In this document: positions 38,240-51,076 of the stretch, in pieces | Position numbering within the stretch: position 1 is the first letter of the stretch | Layout of the letters: each line of letters starts with the position of its first letter | Origin: Octopus bimaculoides | Lineage: Eukaryota | Reading direction: 5' to 3' | Assembly (NCBI RefSeq): GCF_001194135.2 | Contig: NC_068986.1 | Coordinates: 78,316,192-78,380,191 of the forward strand | DNA: 64,000 bases | Made by a program: the position numbers and the translations under genes | The notes under the pieces: model-generated | Databases searched by the model: none | Seen by the model: only the letters and a program-made list of their open reading frames with translations | What the model was told of the DNA's origin: nothing

Positions 38240-41200
38240 TTTTCTTCGTGTTTTTACTTAGGTGATATTATGTAGCTTGTATTTATATACTCAATATATT
38301 GCAAACAATTATATTGAGTCACATCATATTGAGAATCATGACTATATTTCTATGATGACTATCTGGAAATTTATTTGAAATCAGAAGTATATGTTTCTAC
38401 ATATATACCTCTGCAGGAGCATTCCATTCATAAAAATTACATAAAGTAAGAATATAAAATAGTAAAAGCAAATTATTTTCAATAAATCTACATTATTTTT
38501 AATGTGCTAACTGAAAATATTAGGTTTGTAACATGTACATCTCAGCTTAGAATGCTAAAGGGTTTCATTAACTGAACTAAGTTTCTTTCATTATTCTATT
38601 ACAAATGAAGTATAGGGAATCTTTTTTGTAAAATCTCAATGGCAAATTAACTACAAAATATGTTTAATCTAATACTTCTAACACAATAAGATATAATTTT
38701 TATGATTTGTTACCATATTACAATTGAATTCGTTTTTATTCTACCTATCCTAAATTTCTATGGTGTAATTATGTTGAGTGAATGTGCATGACCTTGTGGT
38801 TAGAGTGTTGCACTTAGAGTTTCAAGATCATGTGAATAAATCTGTTATGGACTAGATTCCCTTTCAGGAGGAATGTTGTGATCTTGGTCACATATGCACC
38901 ATGTAAACCAAGTAACCAACCCTATAAGTTCTAGAACTCAAGACAGTAATGTAAAAAAAACAATAAATTATGTAAGGGCTTTTCCCACAACAGAAAATAT
39001 TCCTGTTGGATTATCTCTATTTAAGCCATTGATTAAAAAAATTATCTTTCAATTTGGTTGTTGCATAATCAATTTTATTCTGTTAGAATTATGGAAAGAA
39101 GTAACTTGAAAATATTTCTTATTAGAGATAAGATAATTGTAGATATTTGGAAAAGTTGAAAATAATCTGAAAAAACAACTATAAATGCATTAGTAGTTGA
39201 AGTATGCAGGAGAGATGACTAAATTGAATGGCAGTATCATGTGAATGGATCATTTCTGGGTAAAAAAAGATACTTGTAATTGGTGATGGAACCTGCAATG
39301 GAAGTAGACCATAAAAGACTGGAGAATAGTTTAGATCAAATCTAAAAATGTTTCCTTAGAGATGAAATGATAAAAAAATTGAAGTACACTGTGATGTTGA
39401 ATTATAAATACATACATTCCATGACAGCTAACTACGAATAAATAAATAAATAAATAAATAAAATATAAGTGTCAGAATTGGAATGATGGGGAAAACAGTT
39501 TTTCTTCAATTTTACTCATTTCTTTTTATAATGTGTAAGTGCGAATGTGAGGGTGGTCGCTGCTGGCAAATTGTAAATGTATTGAGCAAAATATCTGTGG
39601 TATTTATTTTAGCTTGTTTCTTTGTTTAAATCCTAGGAAGGTGAGCCAACTAGAGTTGATAAAAAGTACTGGTGTCAATCAAATGCTGGGGTCAATTTAA
39701 ACGACTACAAGTCAGGCACTCGTGCCTTTAAGCAGTTGAGTGTTGCCTTCAGCTACACTCTGACAACTGCAATCCCAACAGAGATGGCATGAAATGGGAA
39801 AAACACAACACATGAAACTACTGGGGCTTCTGGGCACCCTTATCCATTTCTTGGAAAGCAACATTTCATTATTGTTCTACCACATATTACCTACATAGAC
39901 TGAGGCAAAACTTTGTATATGCAGACCCATGGTTTTCCAAGACTCACAGATGCCAAAGAAGTAGAGTGTAAATTTGTGTGTGTATATGTGTCTGCACATG
40001 TTTGTGTGGGTGGATTTATGCATTTCTGTCTGTCTGTTGAAATGGCAGATGTTCTCACCAAAACATCAAATTATAGTATTAAGGAAGGGCACTACTTATG
40101 TGAGTGAGTAACTAGGACATTCATCTACATATTAGTCAGGTATTATATTAACTAATTTATTCTTAATGATATAACCGATCCTTTGGTAGCATGCTATTAA
40201 AAATAAAAATAAAACAACTGGTAATAGGAAAGCATGAAATGGAATATGCTTTAGCAGTACTGTCTGAATATGAGTGGATAGAAAAGTGAAAGAATATAAG
40301 AAAATGATAAGCTAAAAGTTTTGTCGTAGGGGTAGGATGATACAATGGAACTTTGAAGTGTACCATTGTCAGATTATAAATTACCTCTTTTCTTTTTGCC
40401 TTTGTCATGACTCATATTTTAATGAACCAATCAGTTTATCTGAATTTATATGAAATATACAGAAATGATTAAAAGAAATGTAGAAATATTTTTTACTATG
40501 TTGATTAGAAAGCTGGGTGCAGAATCTGAGGTTAATAGACACAAAAAAAAAACGAAAAAGAAAAAAGATTTTCTCCTTTTACAAACATCATAAATGAATG
40601 TAAATAGCCATTTGTGCAAACAAACAAGATCATAGATAACCATCTTTTATGGAAATGAAAATAAAGCACTAGCAAGTTCAAAAGTTTGAAATCCATATTT
40701 GTGAAACACAAAAATTGATTGAGATGCAAGATAGATGGAAACCATTACACCAAACTCCAGCATTAAGATAGAAAAATAACTGAAATATTTTACACCTTTA
40801 TTGATTAATCATTACCAACTCACTTTTTCTAATTCCGAATAATATTTCTACTAGTGATGTGTTCAGTTGTATCATTGATAGTTCTCAGTCAACACACTTT
40901 GATCAAATAACTTCTTTTTTTAATCATACCATGCATTTGTGAACAATAACAGTGTTCATTACAAGGTTGCAACAGGCCAATCACTGGTTCATTGCATTAT
41001 ATAGGGACATGTTTTAGGATGTCTTTTAGTAATAAATTTAATTTAGAATTCAGACCCACACACTTAATTACTCTCCATCACTAAAAGATTTCATTGAAGT
41101 GTACATAGAATTTGTCATTTCTTATTGATATTACATAATTTCATTTATTTTATTTTTTTCATATCAGTTGATGCAACAAAATATTCCAAAGATTGTCAAA

Positions 41201-41519
41201 CTGTCATCAGACTCAATTTCTGACCAGTATTCTATCGGAAATTCTGTTCATCTGAATAGGGTTTCCTATAGTTTATAAGATTACACTGTGTCACTTATTT
41301 TTAATGCTTCAATATCACTTTAAATGTTCTTCTATATGAATAAATGCAATATGCACAAGTCCATCGAAGAATATTACTATAGCAGGCTACTGGCTATGTG
41401 GCTGAAGAGTAAATTTCACAACCATGTAGCTCTTGCTTTGATTCTACTATATGACACCTTGGTTAAGTTTTTTTACTCTCATAGCTCAGTTTGACCCAAA
41501 TCTTGCAAGAAATTACCAT

Positions 41520-41810
41520 CTTCAAGGTAAAATTACCTTCTTGAGTTATGCTGACTCATTAAGGCCAGTTTCCTGGTTCCCCAGTTTCCCCAGGCTTATA
41601 AATTCTTATAAAGCTTCTCCAGGCTTATAAATTCCTCACCTGGATAGGACACTGGTCCATTAAAGGATTACTCATTTTTGCCAGCTGAGTGGACTGGAGC
41701 AACATGAAATGAAATGTTTTGCTCAAGAACACAATGTGTTGTCCGGTCCAGGAATCAAAACCACAATCTTACAATCAAGAGCCCAACTCTCTAACCACTA
41801 TGCCACGCAT
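41520..41810 (-). mobile_element. tRNA-derived SINE family C
   Basis: Reverse complement of GTGGCATAGTGGTTAG...GGTTTTGATTCCTGGACCGG...TTCTTGAGCAAAACA...CCAGTCCACTCAGCTGGCAAAAATGAG. A plus-strand head lies at 63735-63850 and a copy with an internally duplicated body at 13535-13900. Confidence 0.7.
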
Positions 41811-42381
41811 TTCTACTAATCTTGTGAGAGGAAATTAGCAGATAGAAACTGTGTGGAGGCCTGTTAAGTATATATGTATGTCTGTCTGAAGACAGAAATA
41901 CTGGATGTAATACCTAGTAGATGATAAATCAGTGGATGTGCTATTCCCCAAACCTGAAGCAAATGTCTAGGAGAAGGAAATTCCAAAATTGTACCTGCCT
42001 CATTGAAAACCTGGAGTTCTTGTGCTCACTTGTTTTAGACTACTTGGCTTTGTAGGTGAGAGTTTTAGCAGCGTTGTGCAAGCTGTTATTGACTAAGAAT
42101 TTTACTATGGGCACTGCTGTCATCCATTCTCTTTAACAACTAGTATAAGATAATTTGTCAGTGATGGTCATACTTGTCTATGAGTTGACAGCCACCACAT
42201 ATGTATCATTTTCATAATCCGCATCATCCTTTGACGTTCATTTTCCAAGCTGGTATGGGTTCGACAGTTTGACCAGAGCTGGCAAGCAGGAGAGCTGTAC
42301 CAGCTTCCAGTCTGATTTGACTTGGTTTCTATGACTGGATGCCCTTCCTAATGCCAACCACTTTACAGTGTTTTTCTGTCA

Positions 42382-42431
<50 letters not shown>

Positions 42432-42839
42432 ATGTATGTATGCATGTATGTATGTAAGTAGGTATGTATGTAGGTATGTATGTATGTATGTATGTATGTA
42501 TGTATGTATGTATGTATGTATGCATTATAAGTGTGTGTGTGTATGTATATGTTTCAGTGATGCATATCAACAAAAGATAATTATGCTAGCAAAAGGAAAC
42601 AGAAAAACTGAAGCTTTAGGAAGCAAGTGCCTTGAGACACAATGAATTACAGACTATCTCTTGTCACAGTTGCCTTCAAAGGATACAATGAACCAGTGAT
42701 TGTTCCATTAGAAACCTGTAACCAACAATACTATTGTTCACTAATTGTTATATAAAATAAAAAATAAATATAAAGAAATAGGTTTAATAACTGTGTGAAT
42801 CAGAACATGTGTAACCTGAATATTAGGAATGTTATTAAA

Positions 42840-43047
42840 TGCAGGTGTAGCAGTGTGGTAAGACGTTTGTTTTCTAACCACAGGGATGTGGGTTCAGTCC
42901 CATTGCATGGCACCTTAGGCAAATGGCTTCTGTTATAGCTTCAGTCCAACGAAAGCTTCATTAGTGGATTTGGTTGATGGAACCTGAAAGAAGCCTATCA
43001 TATACATACACCCTCATTGTTTAACGTCCATCTTCCATACTGGCATG

Positions 43048-43087
<40 letters not shown>

Positions 43088-43319
43088 TATATACACATAT
43101 ATTTATTCCTTTATTCTTTCACTTGTTTCAGTCATTTGACTGTGGCCATGCTGGAGCACTGCCTTTAGTTGAACAAATCGACGCTAGGACTTATTTTTTT
43201 GCTAGCCTAGTACTTATTCTATTGGCCTCTTTTGCCAAACCACTAAGTTACGAGGATGTAAACATACCAACATCGGTTGTCAAGCAATGGTGGTAGGAGA
43301 CATACACAGACACACAAAT

Positions 43320-43351
<32 letters not shown>

Positions 43352-43697
43352 GCACACACACACACACACACACGTACACACACAATGGATTTCTTTCAGT
43401 TTCCATCTAAATACACTCACAAATCTTTGGTCCGCCTGAGGCTATAGTAGAAGACACTTGCCCAAGGTGCCATGCAGTGGAACTGAAACTGGAACCATGT
43501 GGTTGGGAGGCAAGATTCTTACCACACAACCACTCTAAATTATATATTTATATATTATATACTGTGAAACTTGCATTGAAACAAGTACTTGCATTGAAAC
43601 AAGTACTTGCATTGATTCATTCACCTAAAATACTTCAAATGGTGCTCCAGCATGGCCGCAGTCTAATGACTGAAGCAAGTAAAAGATAGAAGATAAC
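42840..43697 (+). mobile_element. SINE B (+) with a nested inverted SINE B (43100-43520, -)
   Basis: Head at 42840 (GCAGGTGTAGCAGTGTGGTAAG), tail at 43620-43697 (GCTCCAGCATGGCCGCAGTCTAATGACTGAAGCAAGT), with a full minus-strand copy between them. Confidence 0.75.
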
Positions 43698-44689
43698 TGT
43701 AAAGAAGTAGGTTAATAACTGTGTAAAGCAGAACTCATGTAACCTGAATATTAAGAATACCATCAAACCTCTACATCACCAAAACCATTAAAATATTACA
43801 ACAAAATCTATATCACCATATATGGAACATCTATACCAAACTGTATTTTTGAAACTTAAAGAGTATGTCTTAATGGAAAGGTTAAGTAATGCTTAGATAA
43901 GTAATATGGTTATATGAATAGACCAGAAACTAACTGAGACTGTTTGGAAAACATCAAAAAGTATGCATTAAAAGTTGATGATATATGAATATATTGATGT
44001 GCGGATATATATTATATTTTATATGTCTATTTCCTTACATTACCCCATATACAAGCTTTTGTAACATTAAAACATTTCACAAAATAGATATTTGTTTGAA
44101 TTATTTATACAAACTGACCAAATATTCAAAGAGTCTGCATTATTGGATTACAATTTTTATTAAACAACATTTACCGGGTAAAAAATAACTAGTGTAAGTT
44201 GCTAGATATAAATAAATTGTTTTAACTAAATGGAATTGTTATTATATAATATACATTTCCACATTCCTGTAAATCAAAAGTAGCTAATGTAATGTTTATA
44301 GAGAATTATGGCTATCAAAAAATTTATTTTCTTTTTGTTTCTGAATTGGAGTTATGTCTATGAAAAGTAAGTTAGAAAATTTAACAGAATAGAAACAGAC
44401 AAAAATTCAGAAAAATACCTAAGGTAAGAAAAGAAAATAACAGAATTCTTATCCAGTAAGCTATAGTGACAGGAAAGTTTATTCAAAACGATAGATAAAT
44501 AACTTAACTTAAAAGGAGAAAGGCATGTCAGGAACTTTTGGTTAGAAATCTTCCATGGCCATGTGGTTAAAAAGTTTTGCTTTGCAACCACATATTGTGG
44601 GTTCAGTTCCACTCCACAATACCTTGGGCGAGTGTCTTCTTCTATAGCCTCATGAATTTGGTAGATAGATACCATATATGTATTTGTGT

Positions 44690-44745
<56 letters not shown>

Positions 44746-45131
44746 GCATGTGTGTGTGTGGGTGTGTGTGCATGCGCGTGTGTTTGCATCTTTGAACTTG
44801 TGTTTGTTCACTCACTATTGCTTGACAACCAGTGCTGGTTTGTTTGCATCACCATATCTTAGAACTTCAGCAAAAGAAAGTGATAGAATAAGTATCAGTC
44901 TTAAAAGTAATACTGAGATTGATTTGTGCCCCAGCATGGTCATAGTTCAATGACTGAAAAAGTAAAATGTAAAAAAAAAAAGAGAATTCTAACTTTTTCA
45001 CATAATGGAAATCATAACCAGCAATGTTAGCTTTAAGCCATTAACATTTCTTTGATCGCAATTTAACCTATTCCTAACATTGTTATACTCTCCATTCATG
45101 TACTAATAAATTTATTTCTGTTGAAGTAATA

Positions 45132-45383
45132 GCCCTTTCTACTATAGGCACACGCCTGAAATTCTGGAGAAGGGGACTAGTCAATTGCAACTGGTACTTA
45201 TTTTATCGCTCCTGAAAGGATGAAAAGTAAAGTCGACCCCCCCCCCCCCNNNNNNNNNNNNNNNNNNNNNNNNNNNNNNNNNNNNNNNNNCCCCCAATGG
45301 AACTTGAACTCAGAGCACAAAGACAAATGAAAGGCCACTAGGCATTTCACCCAGCATGCTAATGATTCTGCTAGTTAATCACC
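45132..45383 (-). mobile_element. SINE family A with 16-bp TSD, containing a poly-C tract and gap
   Basis: TTCTGTTGAAGTAATA occurs on both sides (45116-45131 and 45384-45399); family A body on the minus strand. Confidence 0.8.
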
Positions 45384-46235
45384 TTCTGTTGAAGTAATAA
45401 TAGATACTGATCTTCATCAGTGCTGCATTCTACGAGGATAAGATTATGTATTTCCAGGACATCAAGATCTTCAAAATAGAATTCTGAAAATTCCTCTTAA
45501 AGTTATGCTTTTGGGGTTTGCAACTGAATAAGTATTACTAGGTCACTGGAAATTCTGAATAACTGAGGAAGAGAAAAAAATCTTCCAAGATGAGAAAATA
45601 AAACAGGAGGTAGTGATGCAGAAAGGTAAGAGCAATGATTGTACATTTATTGTAAGTACATTATTATCTGATGTTATAAAGAACCTGATATCAGAGGTTA
45701 TTGTTACTTAATGCAACTCCCTGACAATGGTAAGTTTATGATTAAAGACATTAAGTAAACAATGACTTGTCTGAAGTGAAAATGAGTACATTTATTCTTT
45801 GTAATAGAATGTTCTGTCAATATATTGGACAAAGGAACATACTCTTGAAGAAGACAAAAAAGTATACAGTGTGCAGGTTTCTGAGGGAGACATTTACATG
45901 GAAACTAAGAAGCTATAATAGGCTAAAACACAATACACACTCATGCAGACACAAACACATGTGCATGCATGCACACACACGCAAACACATACACACATGT
46001 GTGCACATGTGCACACACACACTCACACACAAGCGCACACACACAGATACACACAAACACATGCAGACATATGCAGACACACTCTTGTATACAACCACAC
46101 GCACAACCCACACATAGACACCACACACTCACATGGCTATATATATCCTCCTCCTCCTCCTCCTCCTCCTCCTCCTCCTCCNNNNNNNNNNNNNNNNNNN
46201 NNNNNNNNNNNNNNNNNNNNNNNNNNNNNNNNNNN

Positions 46236-46281
<46 letters not shown>

Positions 46282-46699
46282 TTTGCATTTGTTTCTTTCT
46301 ATACTGGTATGGATTGGATGAGTCATCACACTTCAAGTCAATTTTTATTTTGGAATTACAATAAAGGTTAAAAGCCACTGACTGCAGATATGGTAAGGTG
46401 ATAAGAATGAAAAGAGATAAGAGAGGGTGTTAAAGATAAGGAAACGGCAGTCCTAAGATGTATTTCAGGGAGACATAGAATGGGGTGATCAGTGGAGAAT
46501 AAAGCAAGAAGGGATGATTTTGAGAATGAAGGATGGATTTTGAAAAGAAGTAATTACAGTAAGCTGGGGAAGGGGAAGGTAACTGGTCACACAAACAGGG
46601 ATAAAATATCTTCCCTCACATCGTTATAGCAGCTAAGCAGTGACATAGTTAGTAGAGTGAAAAAATAGGTATTAGGGAAGATGAGAGGTGGAGAAGGCT

Positions 46700-48520
46700 T
46701 CACAGGGATAGATTGGGAGCTTTTAGGATCATGCTGTCAATTTACTGTGTCCTCTTGCACACAACAAACCAGCAGTCATCTCGGTCCTTCGTCATCTCCA
46801 TCAGTTTCAAAAGCTTGAGATCAGTTTTCACTATTTTGTCCTTTGTCTTCCTGAATCTCCTTCTTTCACAAGTTCCATCCACATTTAGTGATTGGCTCTT
46901 CATATGGATTACATGGCCATACCAGCAGTCTTCTCTCTTGCACACGACATCTGATTCTTTTTATGCCCAGTCTTTTTCTCAACATACTTTTGTTGTACAT
47001 GCGTACTAAAGCTGTACATCTAACAGAGAATAGTAGCTTCATTCTTTTCTAGTCCTCACATGTCTTCTGCATTTGGAGCTTACATCTCACTACCATTTAG
47101 TATTGCTAATTGTACACAGGCATCATACAATCTGTCTGTTACTCTTAAACAAGACCTTTTGTTGCCAACAGAAATAACAGCATTTTGAACTTTCTGTTCT
47201 TATTCTGTACTTTCTGTTCTTATTCTGTACTTTCTGAACATCTACTTCCACTGCTAATTAGATCACCTAAGAAACAGAAACGATCTATTACTTTTAGAGA
47301 ACCTCCTAACATTTGAGAAAATCTGTTTCCCTGTGTCCTTAGTGTTTATTGTTGTTGCATATCTGCCACATACAAAGACTACTTTCTGTGTTAAGCTTCC
47401 TGTGATTTCACTGCATATCTTGTGTAGCCATAATTTACACTGGGTACACAATAGAATTTCTATGTACATATTTTCTATATATTGAGCAGAACCATTATCT
47501 CAAGAGTCCTATCTATTTTGCTGCTAATTAGAACTTTGGTCTTTGCTAAGTTAACTTTAAGGGCTTTGATTCCTGCTTTTGCTTCCACACCTGTAAACTT
47601 TACAAATTCTACGACAATACAGTAGCTCTCAAGGTCAACTGGTCTTAAATTCCTCTGTTATGACTAGGAGGAACTGAGAACTGAGCACTGGTGAACTCCT
47701 ACCTGTACACTAAATTGATTGCTGTACTCATTACTAACTCTCACTTTACTGAGAGAACACCCCTGTTCATCACTTATATGGCTCTCAAAAGCCATTCATC
47801 TACCCCAAAGCCAGCGATCCTGTTGAAAGCTTTCTCCAGGTCACTGAATACTACTTACTGTATGCTAAATGCTTATCTCATAGTTGTTTTACTAGAAAGA
47901 GAGTATCAGTAGAATTTCTCCCTGGCAAAAAACCAAATTGCATCTCACCTAATGTAATTCTCTTCCTAAATAATTGATTAGGATATAACTTTTTCAATAA
48001 CTTTCATGACCTGGTCCAGCAATTTGATACCTCTGTAATTAACTCTGTCCAAAGCATCTCCTTTACCCTTGTAACAGTTGACTATAATACTACTATGCCA
48101 GTTGTTGAGTATAACAGCTTTCTGTATGACCTGATTAACTACGTAGGTGGCTAGCAGCATCCTACTCTGACAGATAGTGATGATTCTTGATGGATCGGAG
48201 GCTTCTTCATATCCTTAATTGCATTATCTGTTGTACTACTGTTAGAATAGCTGTTCCCCCTGTTGAGTCTATGTTGGGGAGACTCTCTTTCTCCCATGCA
48301 TTCTCTACATTTAATAGCCTATCATTGTAGCACTTACATGCCTCTTTCTTTTCGATATTACGAAGTGCAAGTATACTATTATCCAGCGATACACTCTCGC
48401 CGCTTACAATATCTCACTTCTCGATGAAACACTGTCTTGCAATCCGGATCACCTCATGCTTCTGATCCTCATGTAGAAGAACATTGGCAAACCTTTTCGT
48501 TCTCTAGTTTGATTGAAGCA
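46700..48520 (-). mobile_element. RTE-clade LINE remnant (reverse transcriptase and C-terminal region, 5'-truncated)
   Basis: Broken frames give NWHSSIIVNCYKGKGDALDRVNYRGIKLLDQVMKVIEKVI, FSDLEKAFNR, SKVRVSNEYSNQFSVQVGVHQCSVLS, LCTQCKLWLHKICSEI and WYGHVIHM...DGTCERRRFRKT. Many stops. Confidence 0.88.
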
Positions 48521-48779
48521 TTGTGGAACATCAATGTAGTATTGAAGGTGATAGTAATTTGGACAAGGCATTAACTATCAAAAGATAACAATAGCAAAGA
48601 TATTGGAAAGTTGCTTCAGAAATACTTAATTAGTCCTGATATTTTGAGCTAGAAACTCCTTTACAAAAGCTTCAAAGAATAAGAGAGAGTGATTAACTAC
48701 ATGTTCAGTCTGTTGGTGTGTCAAATTCTTGTGTGTAATATTCAAATTGTCACCTTTACCCGTGTGAAGTCAGAACATA

Positions 48780-49020
48780 CAGATATATAATTACCTACTG
48801 CAAACATTTTATCTGACCAAATTCTAAATTCCTTCTGATCAAATTTTGGTCAGTTTCTTCTGACCAAAATAGTGCCTGGTAGGAAGTGGAGAAATTGTCA
48901 TAGTACAAAAATCTTGAGGTTGAAATAAGCAGGATATGAGACATGAAACTAAACACAATACCAATAATATTAGGGCCCAAGTTATAATTTAAAAAAATAT
49001 GTACAAAACATAAATAATAT
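48780..49020 (+). mobile_element. RLE non-LTR retrotransposon 3' fragment
   Basis: Translates EVEKLS*YKNLEVEISRI*DMKLNTIPIILG, the same motif as 49935-50200. Confidence 0.6.
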
Positions 49021-49349
49021 AACCAAGGCTCACAATATTATACTCATTCCAAAAGATATTCCTCTTAGTTGCAGCCCATGTCCTACACAAGACACTTTCA
49101 AGTGATCAGCACAATCTAATCTCTGTACTATTTGTACATGGCTCAACAACCACTCAATAAAATAGCCCTACTTAACACATATGTATTGAATCAGTCCCAA
49201 ACAGTATAATACAACACATGCTCCTCATAAGCACCATACAAATAAAGTAACATGAAACATTCTCTCATACAAACAATAACTGAATCTATTTAGGTGCAGA
49301 TATGGCTGTATAGTCCTTACTTCCCAACCATGTGTGCAACAAGAAATGT

Positions 49350-51022
49350 CACAGAGCATTTAGAATGCCATGCTAACAATTCTGCCAGATTTCTGCCTTA
49401 ATAACAATAATCGCAACAACCACATTAACAATAATAACCCTTTCTACTAAAGGCACAAGGCCTGAAATTTTAGAGGAGGGGACTAGTTGATTACATACAC
49501 CCCAATACACAAACGGTACCTAATTAATCAACCCTGAAATGATGAAAGGCAAAGTTGACCTTGGCAGAATTTGAACTCAGAATGTAAAGACGGACAAAAT
49601 ACTTCTAAGCACTTCACCTGGCATGCAAAAGATTCTGCCAGCTCACTGCCTTAATAATAATTATAATAATAATGTTTCAAAAATTTTGGCACAGGGCTGG
49701 CAACTTCTGATTTCATCTTCCTCAGTATTTGACTGGTACATATTTTATTGATCCTGAAAGGGTGAAAGGCAATTTGACTTCGGCAGAATTTGAGTTCAGA
49801 ACGCAAAGACAGACAAAATGCCATTTTATCATGCATGCTAACAGTTCCACTAGCTCTCAGCCTTTGCAACACCAACAACAATGATAATAGCCAGGTATTA
49901 TTGTCAAAGAGCACCAAAAAAGAAGTGCTCCATAATATCCCAATCTATAAAATTGTATCTCTATAAGAAATAGAGAAATAATCCAAATATAAAGATTTGG
50001 AAGGAGAGGGAACCATAATGTAAGGACTGAAAGCATAAAACCAAAATTTCCCTATAATAATTGGTGTCTTGGGAATATTTAAAGAAGATGCAGACCAAAA
50101 CATAAGTAAGGATTTACAAAAATTCATGACGTGTAGCAAAAGCTATTACTAGTGACTGTGAATATATTTCAGAGAATAATTTCAGTACAATAAGACGTAC
50201 AAAATGAAGCTCTGCACACATCCAAGGCATACGAATAACATTTGGTAGGACATTGTAAGTGTGTAATGAAAATAGTAATAATAATAATGATTTCAAATTC
50301 TGTCACAAGGCCAGAAATTCCAGGGGTGAGGGTTAGTTGATTACACTGACCCCAGTGTTCAACTGCTATTTTATCAACTCCCAAAAGAATGAAAAGCAAG
50401 GTTAACCTCTATTTCTTTATTGCCCACAGGGGGCTAAACATAGAGGGGACAAATGAGGACAGACAAAGATATTAAGTTGATTACATCGACCCCGTGCATA
50501 ACTGGTACTTATTTAATCGATCCCGAAAAGATCAAAGACAAAGTCGACTTCGACGGAATTTGAACTCAGAACATAACAGCAGATAAAATACGGCTTTGTA
50601 TTTCGCTCGGCATGCTAACGATTCTGCCAGCTCACTGCCCTAAGCAATTTAACTTTGGCTGAATTTGAACTGAGAACATAAAGGTGAACAAAATGCCACT
50701 AATGATTCTGCCAGTTTGCCACCCTAAGCAAGTTAACCTTGGCAGAACTCAGAGCATAAGGGTGAACAAAATGCCACTAAGCATTTTGCCTGGCACAGTA
50801 ACAATTGACTTCCAATCTTGGCACAGAACAAACAGTTTTTGAGGAGGCAGAGAGTCAATTACATCGACTCCTGTACTTGATTAGTACTTATTTTATTGAC
50901 CCTGGAAGGATGAAAAGCAAAGTTGCCCTCAACAGAATTTGAACACAGATTGCAAAGAATCAGAAGATATGCCACTAAGCATTTTGTCCAACTCACTAAC
51001 AATTCTACCAGCTTACCACTTT
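49350..51022 (-). mobile_element. Cluster of about 6-7 same-orientation SINE A copies (nested and partly duplicated), interleaved with an RLE remnant
   Basis: TTTGAACTCAGAA...CTAAGCA...GATTCTGCCAGCTC recurs. A near-consensus copy lies at 50410-50640 and a ~60-80-bp duplication at 50638-50780. Confidence 0.8.
49935..50200 (+). mobile_element. RLE non-LTR retrotransposon 3' fragment
   Basis: Translates KIVSL*EIEK*SKYKDLEGEGTIM*GLK...FPIIIGVLGIFKE; an AAT-type microsatellite follows. Confidence 0.65.
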
Positions 51023-51038
51023 AATAGTAATGATGATG

Positions 51039-51076
<38 letters not shown>

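Noticed and set aside
42676-42690. Perfect GTATCCTTT U12-like donor on the minus strand
   Set aside because: The preceding sequence does not encode the expected Cav3 ...CL....NP exon end; probably a chance match.
48927-48942. ATATCCTG AT-AC-like donor on the minus strand
   Set aside because: It lies inside an RLE LINE remnant, and the phase-2 frame upstream hits a TAG within four codons.
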